Shown here: positions 44,778-54,681 of the stretch, one piece after another | Layout: every line of letters starts with the position of its first letter | Position numbering within the stretch: the first letter of the stretch is position 1 | Source of the DNA: a virus | Taxonomy: Duplodnaviria; Caudoviricetes | DNA length: 54,681 nucleotides | Reading direction: 5' to 3' (one strand) | Virus record (IMG/VR): IMGVR_UViG_3300028571_000037 | Span: 1-54,681 of that record | Notes under the pieces: generated by a model | What the model saw: only the letters and a program-made list of their open reading frames with translations | Told to the model about the DNA's origin: nothing | The model's database searches: none | Made by a program: the position numbers and the translations under genes

Positions 44778-45875
44778 GTGAAAAAGGTTATAAGGTTATC
44801 TGAATCGGATTTGGAAAGAATTGTAAGACGAGTGATTTCGGAACAAAATGGTTTCGAAATTATTAAGGGTAGTACATCTTCGGAACCAATCAGGAGTAAT
44901 GCGTTAAGTATTTACGGGTTACCTGTTAACGAAAAAAATTCAAATAGTGTTTGGGAGTTAGTTGGTTGGGAAGATTCTATAGTACCTACGTTTACTAAAA
45001 CCAAAAATTTGTCATTGTTCAAACCTGTTGGAAGGGGGAACGAACCAACAGATTTTATAGAATTTATTGTTTATCCAAAAATCAGAGACGGTGAGAAAAA
45101 AAGTTTTAGGTTAGATCAAAAGGGCACTTTGAAGGCTAACATCTACTACAATGAAAAAGGTGTTCTATGGAGAGTTTTGAAGGTAAGGGGATCGGGTAAT
45201 GGATTATTGGCCTTGGGTCGGGCACTTAAGACGGATTCAACTCCGAGTTTTCCTAATCAAATTATCATTACGATGGGTTCTGAAACTCGAGAGAGTTCTA
45301 TGTTTAGTTGGAACCCCAAAAACATCAATTCAATACAGACAGGTTTGAACACTATTCTCAGACTAATTGCCGCCTCAATTCTTACTAAATCTAATCTTAA
45401 GAGTCAGGATCCGATTTTTAAGAAATATGTTGGTCTATCCAATCAGGATATTTCCAAGAATGTTGGGGAAATTATTAAGACATTGGATGATAAATTTACG
45501 AATGGATCGTATGATAGATCAAAATTAGGTGAAATTGATGTGACACCGATTGTCAGTTTTTTAAACTCATTACCAAAAATTTCTATGAATGATTTGGATA
45601 AAGATGACAATTACTTCCAAAATGTTTATGGGAAGAAGATGGATCCGTTTTTTCAGTTTGTGGTAAATGAATATAAAAAACGTATAGGTATGTTTTTAAA
45701 AGATGTTTCACCTGATAACTACACTCAGCTCATCTCGGCAGTAAATCCAAAAGGGGATATGTCAATCGGGAATTCGATTATGAAACATGTATCTGGTACC
45801 AAATATGGACAGATGGTACCAGGGACCAGTGCAGGACAGACCACTACAAAAGGTGAGTATGAGCTAGGAAAATAA
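44778..45875 (+). CDS. Hypothetical protein with IRLSESDL leader
   Basis: MKKVIRLSESDLERIVRRVISEQ; GTG start. Confidence 0.82.
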   Translation: MKKVIRLSESDLERIVRRVISEQNGFEIIKGSTSSEPIRSNALSIYGLPVNEKNSNSVWELVGWEDSIVPTFTKTKNLSLFKPVGRGNEPTDFIEFIVYPKIRDGEKKSFRLDQKGTLKANIYYNEKGVLWRVLKVRGSGNGLLALGRALKTDSTPSFPNQIIITMGSETRESSMFSWNPKNINSIQTGLNTILRLIAASILTKSNLKSQDPIFKKYVGLSNQDISKNVGEIIKTLDDKFTNGSYDRSKLGEIDVTPIVSFLNSLPKISMNDLDKDDNYFQNVYGKKMDPFFQFVVNEYKKRIGMFLKDVSPDNYTQLISAVNPKGDMSIGNSIMKHVSGTKYGQMVPGTSAGQTTTKGEYELGK

Positions 45876-45893
45876 GAGGTTGGAAAACCTCTG

Positions 45894-46115
45894 TTATTTG
45901 ATGTCTTCGTAGTTGTCGTATGAGTAAAAGTATTCAACTTGGCCTTCATCTCCAATCACCATAACAGTGTCGTGAACCACTCTCAGAGTATCGTCGATCC
46001 AAATTAGGTTACCTTGTGTGGTGTCCACTTCCGATGAATTTGACTCAATAGAATTGTTTGGTGTGTTACAAGAGAACAAAGTAAGTGGGAGTAGGACAAT
46101 CAAAAAATTTCTCAT
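45894..46115 (-). CDS. Small lipoprotein
   Basis: MRNFLIVLLPLTLFSC lipobox; TATATTTG at 46141-46148. Confidence 0.7.
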   Translation of the reverse strand: MRNFLIVLLPLTLFSCNTPNNSIESNSSEVDTTQGNLIWIDDTLRVVHDTVMVIGDEGQVEYFYSYDNYEDIK

Positions 46116-46187
46116 ATTGTTTTTAGTTTTTTTCATATTTCAAATATACAACAAAAATTCAATATCTTCATGGTATTTATTAAAAAC

Positions 46188-47240
46188 ATGAAACTATCTG
46201 AATTTTTATTTGAGCAAAATAAGGACCCTAATTCGGTGGTCCTTATTTTACGTGATTATTTGAGTGGTGATGCCACCAAGGATGAAGTGATGGAGGTTAT
46301 ACCAGAAATTAAGGAAATAAAAGGTAATGGTGCTCTTTTAGAATTTGATGATTATTGGGACCTCTTTTCCGAAGATTCGTCTACCGATGGTTATATCGAT
46401 GATATTTTAAACGATAGAGGTTCGTGGATTTATGAGGATCAGGAATCTGAAGATTGGGATCAAGGATATGGTTTTTACAATTTTTCTAAAGAGGAACAAG
46501 CAAGGCTTAATCAAGTAATGTCACTCATTTATCCCGAATTGAGACAATCACCTTGTGATTTCGATGATTCTTCAAATTGTACCCGTTATATTTCTGATTT
46601 TATTTCTGAAGAATTTTCTCAACAATTATCGAATATTTTTTATAGTATTACTGAATCTAAAAATACTAAAATACTGGAAGAACTAAAAGAAGAACTATTT
46701 TCCGAATACTCTTTGCCACTTCCCAAAGGTTTATTACAAATGATGGTTATCGAACCATATGAATCATTTGTTGTTACCATACCACAATTATTGAATTTCA
46801 TCCAACAAAATAATAATGATTCAGAAGATCTTGTTGATATAATTAAAAAATATAATTATGAGGTTGGTTATTATCCTAATTGGGAGGATGGATTTTATGA
46901 ATATGGTGGTGATTGGGACGATACGGATTTTCGAAAACGTGTTGATAGATTGTTGGAGGATATGGAAAACTCCATAATGAATGGTGAAGAACCATTTAGT
47001 AAATACACTAAAGTCGGGAACTTTTTTAGTCTATTAAAAGACTTCGGGGTTACCGTTGGTCGATATAAAGAATTCCCCGAAAATTCCGTTTACGGCCGAT
47101 TTCGTATTGTGAAGTTTTTGCACGAGGAAGATAAGGTGTTTGTTCAAGTAACAAAAAAACCAAATGAATTCCAATATGTTAACTATAAACTCCCCATCGA
47201 GGACGTTAAGAATCTATTGACTACATATAGTCTTTTTTGA
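46188..47240 (+). CDS. Acidic hypothetical protein with LSE/LFE leader
   Basis: MKLSEFLFEQ; TATTTAT at 46174. Confidence 0.82.
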   Translation: MKLSEFLFEQNKDPNSVVLILRDYLSGDATKDEVMEVIPEIKEIKGNGALLEFDDYWDLFSEDSSTDGYIDDILNDRGSWIYEDQESEDWDQGYGFYNFSKEEQARLNQVMSLIYPELRQSPCDFDDSSNCTRYISDFISEEFSQQLSNIFYSITESKNTKILEELKEELFSEYSLPLPKGLLQMMVIEPYESFVVTIPQLLNFIQQNNNDSEDLVDIIKKYNYEVGYYPNWEDGFYEYGGDWDDTDFRKRVDRLLEDMENSIMNGEEPFSKYTKVGNFFSLLKDFGVTVGRYKEFPENSVYGRFRIVKFLHEEDKVFVQVTKKPNEFQYVNYKLPIEDVKNLLTTYSLF

Positions 47241-47356
47241 TTTTGTAACATTTTTTTTGTATATTTGTTGAGGACTAATCTTATGGATGAATATAGATTT
47301 GGTATATATCAATTGTATGTCCTTATAATATATTGTAATAAAACACTTTTGGAACA

Positions 47357-48178
47357 ATGAAAGATTTAGAATTTTTAAAGGAACTAATGTCTGTTCGGAC
47401 CTCCACATATTACGAAGAACTTATGGTACAATTCATCTGTGAATGGTTGGACAAGGAAGGTATCCCATATGTCGTTGATGAAATGATGAATGTGTATGCG
47501 ACCAAGACCACAGAGGGGTTTGAAGAAAAACTTTATCCCTGTATGGTGGCACATACCGATACGGTCCATCATTTTGAAGACGAAATTTTGGTAAAAGAAC
47601 AGATGTTACCAAATCGTCAAGGAGATAATAAGTTGTCATTGAAAGGATATAACCCTCAGGGAAACCCTGTCGGGATCGGTGGTGATGATAAATGTGGTGT
47701 TTTTGGGGCTTTAATTTCCCTTAGGGATTTACCTCATCTTAAAGCGGCATTTTTTGTTTCCGAAGAAATTGGTTGTTTGGGGTCGAGTGCTGCTAGTCCC
47801 GAGTTTTTCTCGGATGTTGCTTATGCAATTCAACTCGATGCTCCGAGTAATTATATGGTAACGGAGGTGTGTTCAGGTATTCGTTTATTCGATCGTGAAT
47901 CAGATTTTTATAAGACAGTGAACGAAGTTTTATCGGAAAAATTTGAATATCATGAATTTCAAGTTCATCCATATACAGATGTTTCTCAATTGAAAAAGAA
48001 ATTTAACTTTTCTTGTATAAATTTTTCGTGTGGATACTATAATTATCATACAATCAATGAGTATGTAGTGGTTGAAGATTTAGAAAACTCAATTCATACT
48101 GCTCAAGAAATTATAAACAGATTAGGATATACAAAACACGAATATGAAGCTCAAGGATACCGTAGGAATTTTTCCTGA
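47357..48178 (+). CDS. Zinc peptidase, M20/M28/M42 clan
   Basis: AHTDTVH, GGDDKCG, SEEIG, QLD, TDV, GYYNYHT. Confidence 0.9.
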   Translation: MKDLEFLKELMSVRTSTYYEELMVQFICEWLDKEGIPYVVDEMMNVYATKTTEGFEEKLYPCMVAHTDTVHHFEDEILVKEQMLPNRQGDNKLSLKGYNPQGNPVGIGGDDKCGVFGALISLRDLPHLKAAFFVSEEIGCLGSSAASPEFFSDVAYAIQLDAPSNYMVTEVCSGIRLFDRESDFYKTVNEVLSEKFEYHEFQVHPYTDVSQLKKKFNFSCINFSCGYYNYHTINEYVVVEDLENSIHTAQEIINRLGYTKHEYEAQGYRRNFS

Positions 48179-48746
48179 AACTTTAAGTAAATCTTTTTGT
48201 AATGAATTGATTGATATTTTTAAAAAGAACAAACAATATCATTATCAAGGAATCACAGCATCTGGTTACGATAGTGTATACAAGGAAACCACCGATTTCA
48301 ACTTATTGGACAACCCAGAATTAAGTGAGTATACAAATCACATTACTAAAATGTCGAATGAAAAAATTAACGAATACTTGGAAAGATTTCCGGCTAACTC
48401 AGAATTCAACACAGCCAACTATCTTTTCAGGTTGGGAACCTACTACCCTGTTTGGCAACTACAAAAGTATAAAAAGGGTGAAGGACACTTCAAAGCCTAT
48501 CATACTGAGGGAGAATATTGGGAATTTCACAACCGAATATTTGCGGTAATGTTTTACCTAAATGATGTACCTGAGGGTGGTGAAACAGAATTTTTACACT
48601 TGGATATGATGATCAAACCGAAACAAGGTACTTTTTTAGTGTGGCCAGCACCTTGGCCTTATGTTCATCGTGGACATGTACCGATATCCAACAACAAATA
48701 CATTCTTACGACATGGCTCAATCGAAATGAAAAGATTGGGATATAA
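48144..48746 (+). CDS. 2OG-Fe(II) oxygenase
   Basis: YHTE, MFYLNDV-EGGETEF, HRG, KYILTTW. Confidence 0.92.
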   Translation: MKLKDTVGIFPETLSKSFCNELIDIFKKNKQYHYQGITASGYDSVYKETTDFNLLDNPELSEYTNHITKMSNEKINEYLERFPANSEFNTANYLFRLGTYYPVWQLQKYKKGEGHFKAYHTEGEYWEFHNRIFAVMFYLNDVPEGGETEFLHLDMMIKPKQGTFLVWPAPWPYVHRGHVPISNNKYILTTWLNRNEKIGI

Positions 48747-48799
48747 AATATTTTAGAGGTCGGAAGACCTCTTTTTTTTGCCTTAACATTTTTGAACTT

Positions 48800-48988
48800 A
48801 TGAAACTAAACGAAATAGAAAAGAAAATTACAGATATCGAATATGAATTATTTATATCAATACGTCAAGGTCATCGACCAAGTATCGGAGACCAATATCA
48901 CAATTTACGTGTTGAGGTAAACATCCTACGATGTATGTATTTTGGGTATGATTCAAAGTTCTGTAAAAAAACAAAAGAGGGTCTATGA
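48800..48988 (+). CDS. Hypothetical protein
   Basis: 62-aa ORF between two terminators. Confidence 0.55.
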   Translation: MKLNEIEKKITDIEYELFISIRQGHRPSIGDQYHNLRVEVNILRCMYFGYDSKFCKKTKEGL

Positions 48989-48996
48989 CCCTCTTT
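48974..48996. terminator. Bidirectional terminator
   Basis: AAAGAGGGTC-tat-GACCCTCTTT between convergent genes. Confidence 0.75.
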
Positions 48997-49000
48997 CTAT

Positions 49001-50995
49001 TTATTTGATGACAACTTTTTCATCCTTTACTGTGAGAAGGTATCGAGTTCCTTCTTTCACCGTATCAGAAAGAACAGATTCAGATATCAAATCTTCAACT
49101 TCATCTTGAATTGCTCTTTTGATGGGTCGAGCTCCGTAAACTTGGTCAAACCCTACTTTAGAAATGTGTTCAACAATTTTGTCATCAAAAGTAAAAGATA
49201 ACTTAAGATCATTCAAACGTGAGATCAATTTATTCAATTCAATTGATACGATTTTTTTCATAGATTCTTGATCTAAAGAATTAAATACAATTGTTTCATC
49301 AATACGATTTAAAAATTCTGGTGAAAAATAGTTTTTCATTTCCTTCTTGATGATTTCCTTTTTCTGTTCCTCTGATGAATAAGAAGATCCACCGAATCCG
49401 ATTCCTGTACCGAAATCTTGAAGTTTTTTGGCACCAAGATTAGAGGTCATTATTATCAGGGTGTTCTTGAAGTTGATCTTGCGACCCAAAGAATCAGTCA
49501 AATGACCTTCGTCTAACATCTGAAGTAAGGTGTTGAAGATTTCTTTGTTTGCCTTTTCTACCTCATCGAACAGAACAACTGAGTATGGTTTGTTCTTAAC
49601 TTGCTCCGTAAGTTGACCACCTTCATCGTATCCAACATATCCCGGAGGAGCTCCGATCAAACGTGATATTGTATGTTTTTCTTGGTATTCAGACATGTCA
49701 ACACGGATAAGATTGTTGGAAGATCCGAATATTTGTTTTGCCAATTGTTTTGCTAAGTGTGTTTTACCAACTCCAGTGGATCCCAAAAATATAAATGAAC
49801 CGATTGGTTTATTAGGATCTTTAATACCCAAACGATTTCGTCTCATTGCCCGAGCAATTTTGGTTACCGCTTCATTTTGTCCAATCACTTCTTTATTCAA
49901 AAAGTCCTCAAGACCGATAAGGGCGGTTCTATCATCCAAAGACAATTTATTTACGGGTATTTTGGTCATCGATGCTACAACTGTCAGAACAAGATCAGCG
50001 TCAATAGGTTTTCTATTTTCAGATTGTTCTTTTTCGAATTTGATTTTTTCCTTTTCGAGACGTTCCAAAAGTTTCTTCTCCTTATCACGGATCTGAGCCG
50101 CTTGTTCGTAGTCCTGCTTTTTGACGACATCCAATTTATGTTGTTTTAATTCAACCGCCTTTTGTTTCAATACATCGATTGATTCGGGCATCTTAACCTC
50201 TACTTGACTACGAGCACCTACCTCATCCAAAATATCGAACGCTTTGTCGGGAAACTCACGGTCGGTGATATATCGATCTGCAAGATTCACACACATCTCC
50301 AAGATTTCTTGGGTATAAATGACTTTATGGAAGTCTTCGTAACGAGATTTAGATTGTTCTAAGATTAATAGGGTCTCTTCCTTTGATGGTGAGTCGATAC
50401 TGACCTTCTGAAAACGACGTTCGAGAGCTCCGTCTTTTTCAAAGTTGGTACGGTACTCGTTTAGTGTTGTTGCTCCGATACATTGGATCTCACCACGAGC
50501 CAATGCGGGTTTGAATATGTTCGATGCGTCCATAGATCCTGAAGCATTACCAGCTCCTACGATTGTGTGGATCTCGTCAATAAAGACGATAATCTCCTTG
50601 TTTTCAGATAATTCTTCGATAATGACTTTCATACGCTCTTCGAATTGTCCACGATATTTGGTACCAGCAACAATAGAGGTCAGATCCAATAAAACAATTC
50701 GTTTATCACGAAGGTTCCGTGGACAATCTCCCTGAACAATTTTGTTGGCCAAACCCTCGACAATTGCGGTTTTACCACTGCCAGGTTCACCGATTATGAT
50801 GGGATTGTTTTTTTTCCGACGAGATAGGATTTGTGCGATTCGATTGATTTCCATCTCACGACCTATTACAGGATCCAATTTACCTTCAAAGGCCATTTTA
50901 TTTAGGTCTTTAGAGAAATTATCCAATACTGGTGTTCCACTTTGTTTTTGACGGGATTTAGATCCTTTGTCATTTTCGTCCATAGATTCGATCAT
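49001..50995 (-). CDS. clpC: Clp ATPase (ClpC-like, two AAA+ modules, UVR middle domain, no N-domain)
   Basis: [34 protein letters not shown] pore loop, [14 protein letters not shown] loop (GIGFG). Confidence 0.93.
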   Translation of the reverse strand: MIESMDENDKGSKSRQKQSGTPVLDNFSKDLNKMAFEGKLDPVIGREMEINRIAQILSRRKKNNPIIIGEPGSGKTAIVEGLANKIVQGDCPRNLRDKRIVLLDLTSIVAGTKYRGQFEERMKVIIEELSENKEIIVFIDEIHTIVGAGNASGSMDASNIFKPALARGEIQCIGATTLNEYRTNFEKDGALERRFQKVSIDSPSKEETLLILEQSKSRYEDFHKVIYTQEILEMCVNLADRYITDREFPDKAFDILDEVGARSQVEVKMPESIDVLKQKAVELKQHKLDVVKKQDYEQAAQIRDKEKKLLERLEKEKIKFEKEQSENRKPIDADLVLTVVASMTKIPVNKLSLDDRTALIGLEDFLNKEVIGQNEAVTKIARAMRRNRLGIKDPNKPIGSFIFLGSTGVGKTHLAKQLAKQIFGSSNNLIRVDMSEYQEKHTISRLIGAPPGYVGYDEGGQLTEQVKNKPYSVVLFDEVEKANKEIFNTLLQMLDEGHLTDSLGRKINFKNTLIIMTSNLGAKKLQDFGTGIGFGGSSYSSEEQKKEIIKKEMKNYFSPEFLNRIDETIVFNSLDQESMKKIVSIELNKLISRLNDLKLSFTFDDKIVEHISKVGFDQVYGARPIKRAIQDEVEDLISESVLSDTVKEGTRYLLTVKDEKVVIK

Positions 50996-51175
50996 ATTAT
51001 AAGTTTTAGAATTATACCCCAAATATACAATTATTTTTCCAAATACCTAATACTGACATTTTGACATACAGGTTTTTTATCGGCTTGACAAAATGTCATA
51101 TAAAATATATATTTATGTATTGGCACATTATTTATGGATAATTTACCAAAATAAATTATAAAATCAAAATTAACT

Positions 51176-51637
51176 ATGTTCGAAAGAAGAATCTTTTTAG
51201 GAGACCTGTTCAATCAACTCAATAATAAATTTCTTAACAATTCCCTATTTGAGAAGTTTGATATTCCCCTAAATGACAACTCAGAGAAAAATAAAAAAGA
51301 AGATTTCAATACGGAAATTTTTAAAACTGACGATGGAAGAATTATCATTAGTAGTTTTATTCGTACATCAGGGTTCGATGATGATATGTTGACAACCATG
51401 TTTGGATCAAAAGAAAAATCAAACTCCGAAATTACCACATTAGAAAAACAACTCCAAAATGCGATTTCCAAAGAAGACTATGAACTGGCGATTAGTCTCC
51501 GTGATAAAATCAACAAATCCAAAAATACACAAGCAGAAATCAACACACTTGAGGTTGAACTTAAAAAAGTTATTTCTGAACATAACTTCGAAAGAGCAAT
51601 CGAAATTCGTGATCAATTGAAAAAACTAAAGATGTAA
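51176..51637 (+). CDS. Protein with two UVR (UvrB/C) motifs, candidate ClpC adaptor
   Basis: LQNAISKEDYELAISLRDKI and LKKVISEHNFERAIEIRDQL; divergent from clpC. Confidence 0.85.
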   Translation: MFERRIFLGDLFNQLNNKFLNNSLFEKFDIPLNDNSEKNKKEDFNTEIFKTDDGRIIISSFIRTSGFDDDMLTTMFGSKEKSNSEITTLEKQLQNAISKEDYELAISLRDKINKSKNTQAEINTLEVELKKVISEHNFERAIEIRDQLKKLKM

Positions 51638-51848
51638 TATTTACCATTATGGTGAACATCATTATTTCGGTTGTTTTATTTGGAGGAGCGGTCATACTTT
51701 TGGTTTTTTCAAAGACTCAAAAAAAAGATTGTGGGTGCGGATCCTGTACTTGTTCTAACAAGTAAAAAATTATAAACCCCCTGCGTTAGTTTGGGGGTTT
51801 TTTATTTTAATATTTGGTATTGTCAAGTTTTTGTTGTTACTTTGTTGT

Positions 51849-52304
51849 ATGGAAAAATATATTACACACAATATCGATTGGCAAAAAGCATCGGAGGCTT
51901 TCGAATTACCAATTGATTTGTTAATTGAATTTTTTAACGATGGTAGGGTGATTGGTAGACTTGGTGAATTTATAGATAAGCATCATACACAGTCTTTACG
52001 TCAAAATGAAAATTGTAGTTTTGACAATCTTACTATAGAAAATAAGAGAAGGGAAATTCGTTCGTGTCGTAATAGTGTTTCTTTCGCTGCGTCAAAAGAA
52101 GTAGGAAGTGGAAGAAAAGTAACTAAGAAGGGATTTGAAGAAAAACTCAACAACGTAGATGAATTTGCAGTGATTGATAGCAGACAAATCAAACAAGGAA
52201 AACTTGAATTTCTCCTTTTAACAACAGATGAAGTTCGAAATCTTCCTTTGGGTAAAAATAAAAATATGAGTAGTGATAAATTTTGGGCTACCGTTGAAAA
52301 ATAG
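51849..52304 (+). CDS. Hypothetical protein, possible PD-(D/E)xK nuclease
   Basis: E...FD...REIRS spacing; directly upstream of a methyltransferase. Confidence 0.5.
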   Translation: MEKYITHNIDWQKASEAFELPIDLLIEFFNDGRVIGRLGEFIDKHHTQSLRQNENCSFDNLTIENKRREIRSCRNSVSFAASKEVGSGRKVTKKGFEEKLNNVDEFAVIDSRQIKQGKLEFLLLTTDEVRNLPLGKNKNMSSDKFWATVEK

Positions 52305-52329
52305 ATATTTTTTTGTATAATTATTACAT

Positions 52330-53157
52330 ATGGAACTAAACAAAATTTATCACGAAGATTGCTTGGCTACAATGGGTAGAATGTTAGAGAATACCGTGTC
52401 ACTCACGGTTACATCGCCACCTTACGATGACTTAAGAACATATAATAATAAGATTAAAGGGTTATCAACTGACTATAATGGTTATTCATTTGACTTTGAG
52501 AATATTGCGAGAGAGTTATATCGTGTTACCAAACTTGGTGGTATTGTTGTATGGGTTGTTGGAGATGCTACACATAATGGTTCGGAAACAGGAACCTCAT
52601 TCCGACAAGCATTATTCTTCAAAGAGATTGGGTTTAATATTCACGACACAATGATTTATATGAAGAATAATTTCTCAAATCCGTCATCAACAAGATACCA
52701 TCAGATTTTTGAGTATGTGTTTGTATTATCCAAGGGAAAACCTGCAACTTTTAATCCTATCAAAGACAGGAAGAATGTATATGGTGGACAGGTAGGTTCG
52801 TGGGGTAAGAATACTGTCAGACAAAAAGATGGTTCTATGAAGGAGAACACCAAGAAGATGATAGAAGAGTATGGGCAACGATATAATGTTTGGACATATA
52901 AGACTTCTAAGAATGGACAGGAAGATGAGGTTGCATACGAACACCCAGCAATATTCCCAATTGATTTGGTTAAGGACCATATTACATCTTGGACAAACGA
53001 GGGGGATATTATTTACGACCCGTTTATGGGAAGTGGAACAACCGCAAAAGGAGCCATGTTGTTGAATAGACAATGGATTGGTTCTGAGATAAATGAAGAG
53101 TATGTGGATATATGTGACCGAAGGTTAGGAACGATTCAAACGGAAATGAATCTATAA
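52330..53157 (+). CDS. DNA methyltransferase, N4-C/N6-A beta class
   Basis: TSPPY precedes DPFMGSGTT; HPAIFP; GSEIN. Confidence 0.95.
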   Translation: MELNKIYHEDCLATMGRMLENTVSLTVTSPPYDDLRTYNNKIKGLSTDYNGYSFDFENIARELYRVTKLGGIVVWVVGDATHNGSETGTSFRQALFFKEIGFNIHDTMIYMKNNFSNPSSTRYHQIFEYVFVLSKGKPATFNPIKDRKNVYGGQVGSWGKNTVRQKDGSMKENTKKMIEEYGQRYNVWTYKTSKNGQEDEVAYEHPAIFPIDLVKDHITSWTNEGDIIYDPFMGSGTTAKGAMLLNRQWIGSEINEEYVDICDRRLGTIQTEMNL

Positions 53158-53271
53158 AATAGACCCCCACTCAAAAGGTGGGGTTTTTTAGTTTCTACAC
53201 GTATTAGACCAACCCTATGAATAAAACCTTTCCTGGTTGACTTGGGGTTTTTTATTTTTTATAATTGAGTT

Positions 53272-53538
53272 ATGTATAAAATTAACAAAGAAAAAGAACA
53301 AGAGGTAGTAATTTCGACTATTGAAACCAAGGAATACCACTTGGTGACTCAAGAGGGTTTGGAGTTTATTGTTAGACAAGAAGATGCATGGGAATGGGTT
53401 ACCTACTATACCAATTTAAGTGAAGATGGTAAAACTATTTCTAAAGTATTCAGAGAATTAAAATGGACAACACCCCCTGATCCAATTATAGATTTTTTTA
53501 ATAATATTGATCAACATCTCAATGACGCAGGAAAATAA
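53272..53538 (+). CDS. Hypothetical protein
   Basis: 88-aa ORF. Confidence 0.7.
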   Translation: MYKINKEKEQEVVISTIETKEYHLVTQEGLEFIVRQEDAWEWVTYYTNLSEDGKTISKVFRELKWTTPPDPIIDFFNNIDQHLNDAGK

Positions 53539-54190
53539 GATAAGACCGAATCTATGGCAGAGATTTCTTCTGTATTGGAAATTCGAATATCGTTACTACC
53601 CACGAAACTTTGTCCGTGGAGTTAAAAACCTAATTAAATGGGGTCCGATAATTTGGAAAGACCGTGATTGGGATGATAGTTTTTTGTTTGAAATTATCAA
53701 ATTCAAAATCTCAAATATGTCGGAGTCACATGGTAAAACTATGACTTATGTGGGTTCGCAGCGCAATGTAGAGATTATGGACACAATCGTTCGATTGATT
53801 GATAAATTCCAAACGGAGCATTATCAGCATGAATTCTTAGACTATATTGATGACGAGTATTCATTTGTACAAATCGAAGGAACAGATTCTTTTGAAATGA
53901 AAACTGTAAATCTTCGTAATGACTTAGACCAATATTTCGCAAAATATCCCCTTTTGAAAAAGCGTGCTACAAACCATCCGTTTTATCAAAAAAATCCAAG
54001 TGATAATAGTATGGGAATGTCTATGGGGAAGGTACAACACGATAGGGCAAAACGTCTTATCTTTGAACTTCTAAATCGTAATGTAGAAAAATGGTGGGAA
54101 TAATAAGAGTTAAAATGGACAACACCACCAAACCAGATTATAGAATTTTTCAATAACATTGATCACCATCTTGATGATGTAGAAAAATAA
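53455..54190 (+). repeat. 84-bp diverged direct repeat (53455-53538 and 54107-54190)
   Basis: Ungapped ELKWTTPPDPIIDFFNNIDQHLNDAGK* versus ELKWTTPPNQIIEFFNNIDHHLDDVEK*. Confidence 0.9.
53522..54103 (+). CDS. Phage hypothetical protein
   Basis: W-PIIWKDRDWD...WWE motif typical of large phages. Confidence 0.8.
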   Translation: MTQENKIRPNLWQRFLLYWKFEYRYYPRNFVRGVKNLIKWGPIIWKDRDWDDSFLFEIIKFKISNMSESHGKTMTYVGSQRNVEIMDTIVRLIDKFQTEHYQHEFLDYIDDEYSFVQIEGTDSFEMKTVNLRNDLDQYFAKYPLLKKRATNHPFYQKNPSDNSMGMSMGKVQHDRAKRLIFELLNRNVEKWWE

Positions 54191-54248
54191 CATACATAAT
54201 ATCCTCACATAATGTGGGGATTTTATATTTATTGATAAATTATACCAT

Positions 54249-54623
54249 ATGTGGCAAGCAAACATCACAATCAACAATAATACAGGATACAACTTAACTA
54301 TAGATGGTGTAGGACCTTGCAACACAACAATAGTACCTAACTCATCATTTAGTTGGTCATCAACAGAGGTTCATAACACAAAGAGTTTATTGTTTTGGGT
54401 GCAACCAAACGTATGGTACATGCAAGGTAACCTGTCCTTCGGTCCCGAAGCTGGCGTTTATGTGGACCGTGGATGGATGGCTGACAATGACCAAACCATA
54501 GAGATGTTGGCAAACGCAAATGGTAAGGAATGGACTCAGACATCAAACGGAGGGGAAACTCTCTTACAGTGGAATGAATTTGAAAATGGGGGTGATATAA
54601 CACTAACCTTCAACAATCAGTAA
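54249..54623 (+). CDS. Beta-rich hypothetical protein
   Basis: 124-aa ORF; TATTTAT at 54226. Confidence 0.75.
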   Translation: MWQANITINNNTGYNLTIDGVGPCNTTIVPNSSFSWSSTEVHNTKSLLFWVQPNVWYMQGNLSFGPEAGVYVDRGWMADNDQTIEMLANANGKEWTQTSNGGETLLQWNEFENGGDITLTFNNQ

Positions 54624-54681
54624 TAGAGACCCTTTTAATACAAGGAGTTTATTTATTCTTTTTATTATATTTATCTAAATG

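Noticed and set aside
49695-50951. Plus-strand ORFs inside clpC
   Set aside because: Antisense shadows of a conserved gene; the same applies to similar ORFs within 10108-17374
1-54681. Alternative genetic code (stop-codon reassignment)
   Set aside because: Long genes are intact under code 11, all three stops end genes, and no suppressor tRNA was seen

Overview
The window looks like part of a very large (jumbo/mega) AT-rich phage genome that probably infects a Bacteroidota host. Evidence for the host is more than 12 TAnnTTTG promoters, a T9SS C-terminal sorting domain and a Gly-starting tmRNA tag; the standard genetic code is used. Stable RNAs: 15 tRNA genes or remnants (rare Gly-ACC and Ile-TAT anticodons, two with unpaired acceptor stems, one decayed Trp), one tRNA-like RNA, a compact RNase P RNA, a tmRNA with a non-canonical tag, and several unassigned structured RNAs. 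Proteins: ClpP, an N-domain-less ClpC and a UVR-domain protein; a GH19 endolysin, M23 peptidase and holin-like proteins; five 2OG-Fe(II) oxygenases and glycosyltransferases; HNH and GIY-YIG nucleases; a DNA methyltransferase; and many proteins that share an ITESQ/LxE-type N-terminal leader behind a TATTTAT motif. Most striking: (1) a leader-peptide terminator/antiterminator at 39562-39735, positioned to switch on a tRNA cluster when ribosomes stall; (2) a coupled seven-gene cohesin/dockerin-T9SS-CsgG envelope operon at 10979-17374; (3) the 36.9-38.1 kb RNA island with a reduced RNase P RNA and unexplained RNAs. All calls are by eye; no searches or folding programs were run.
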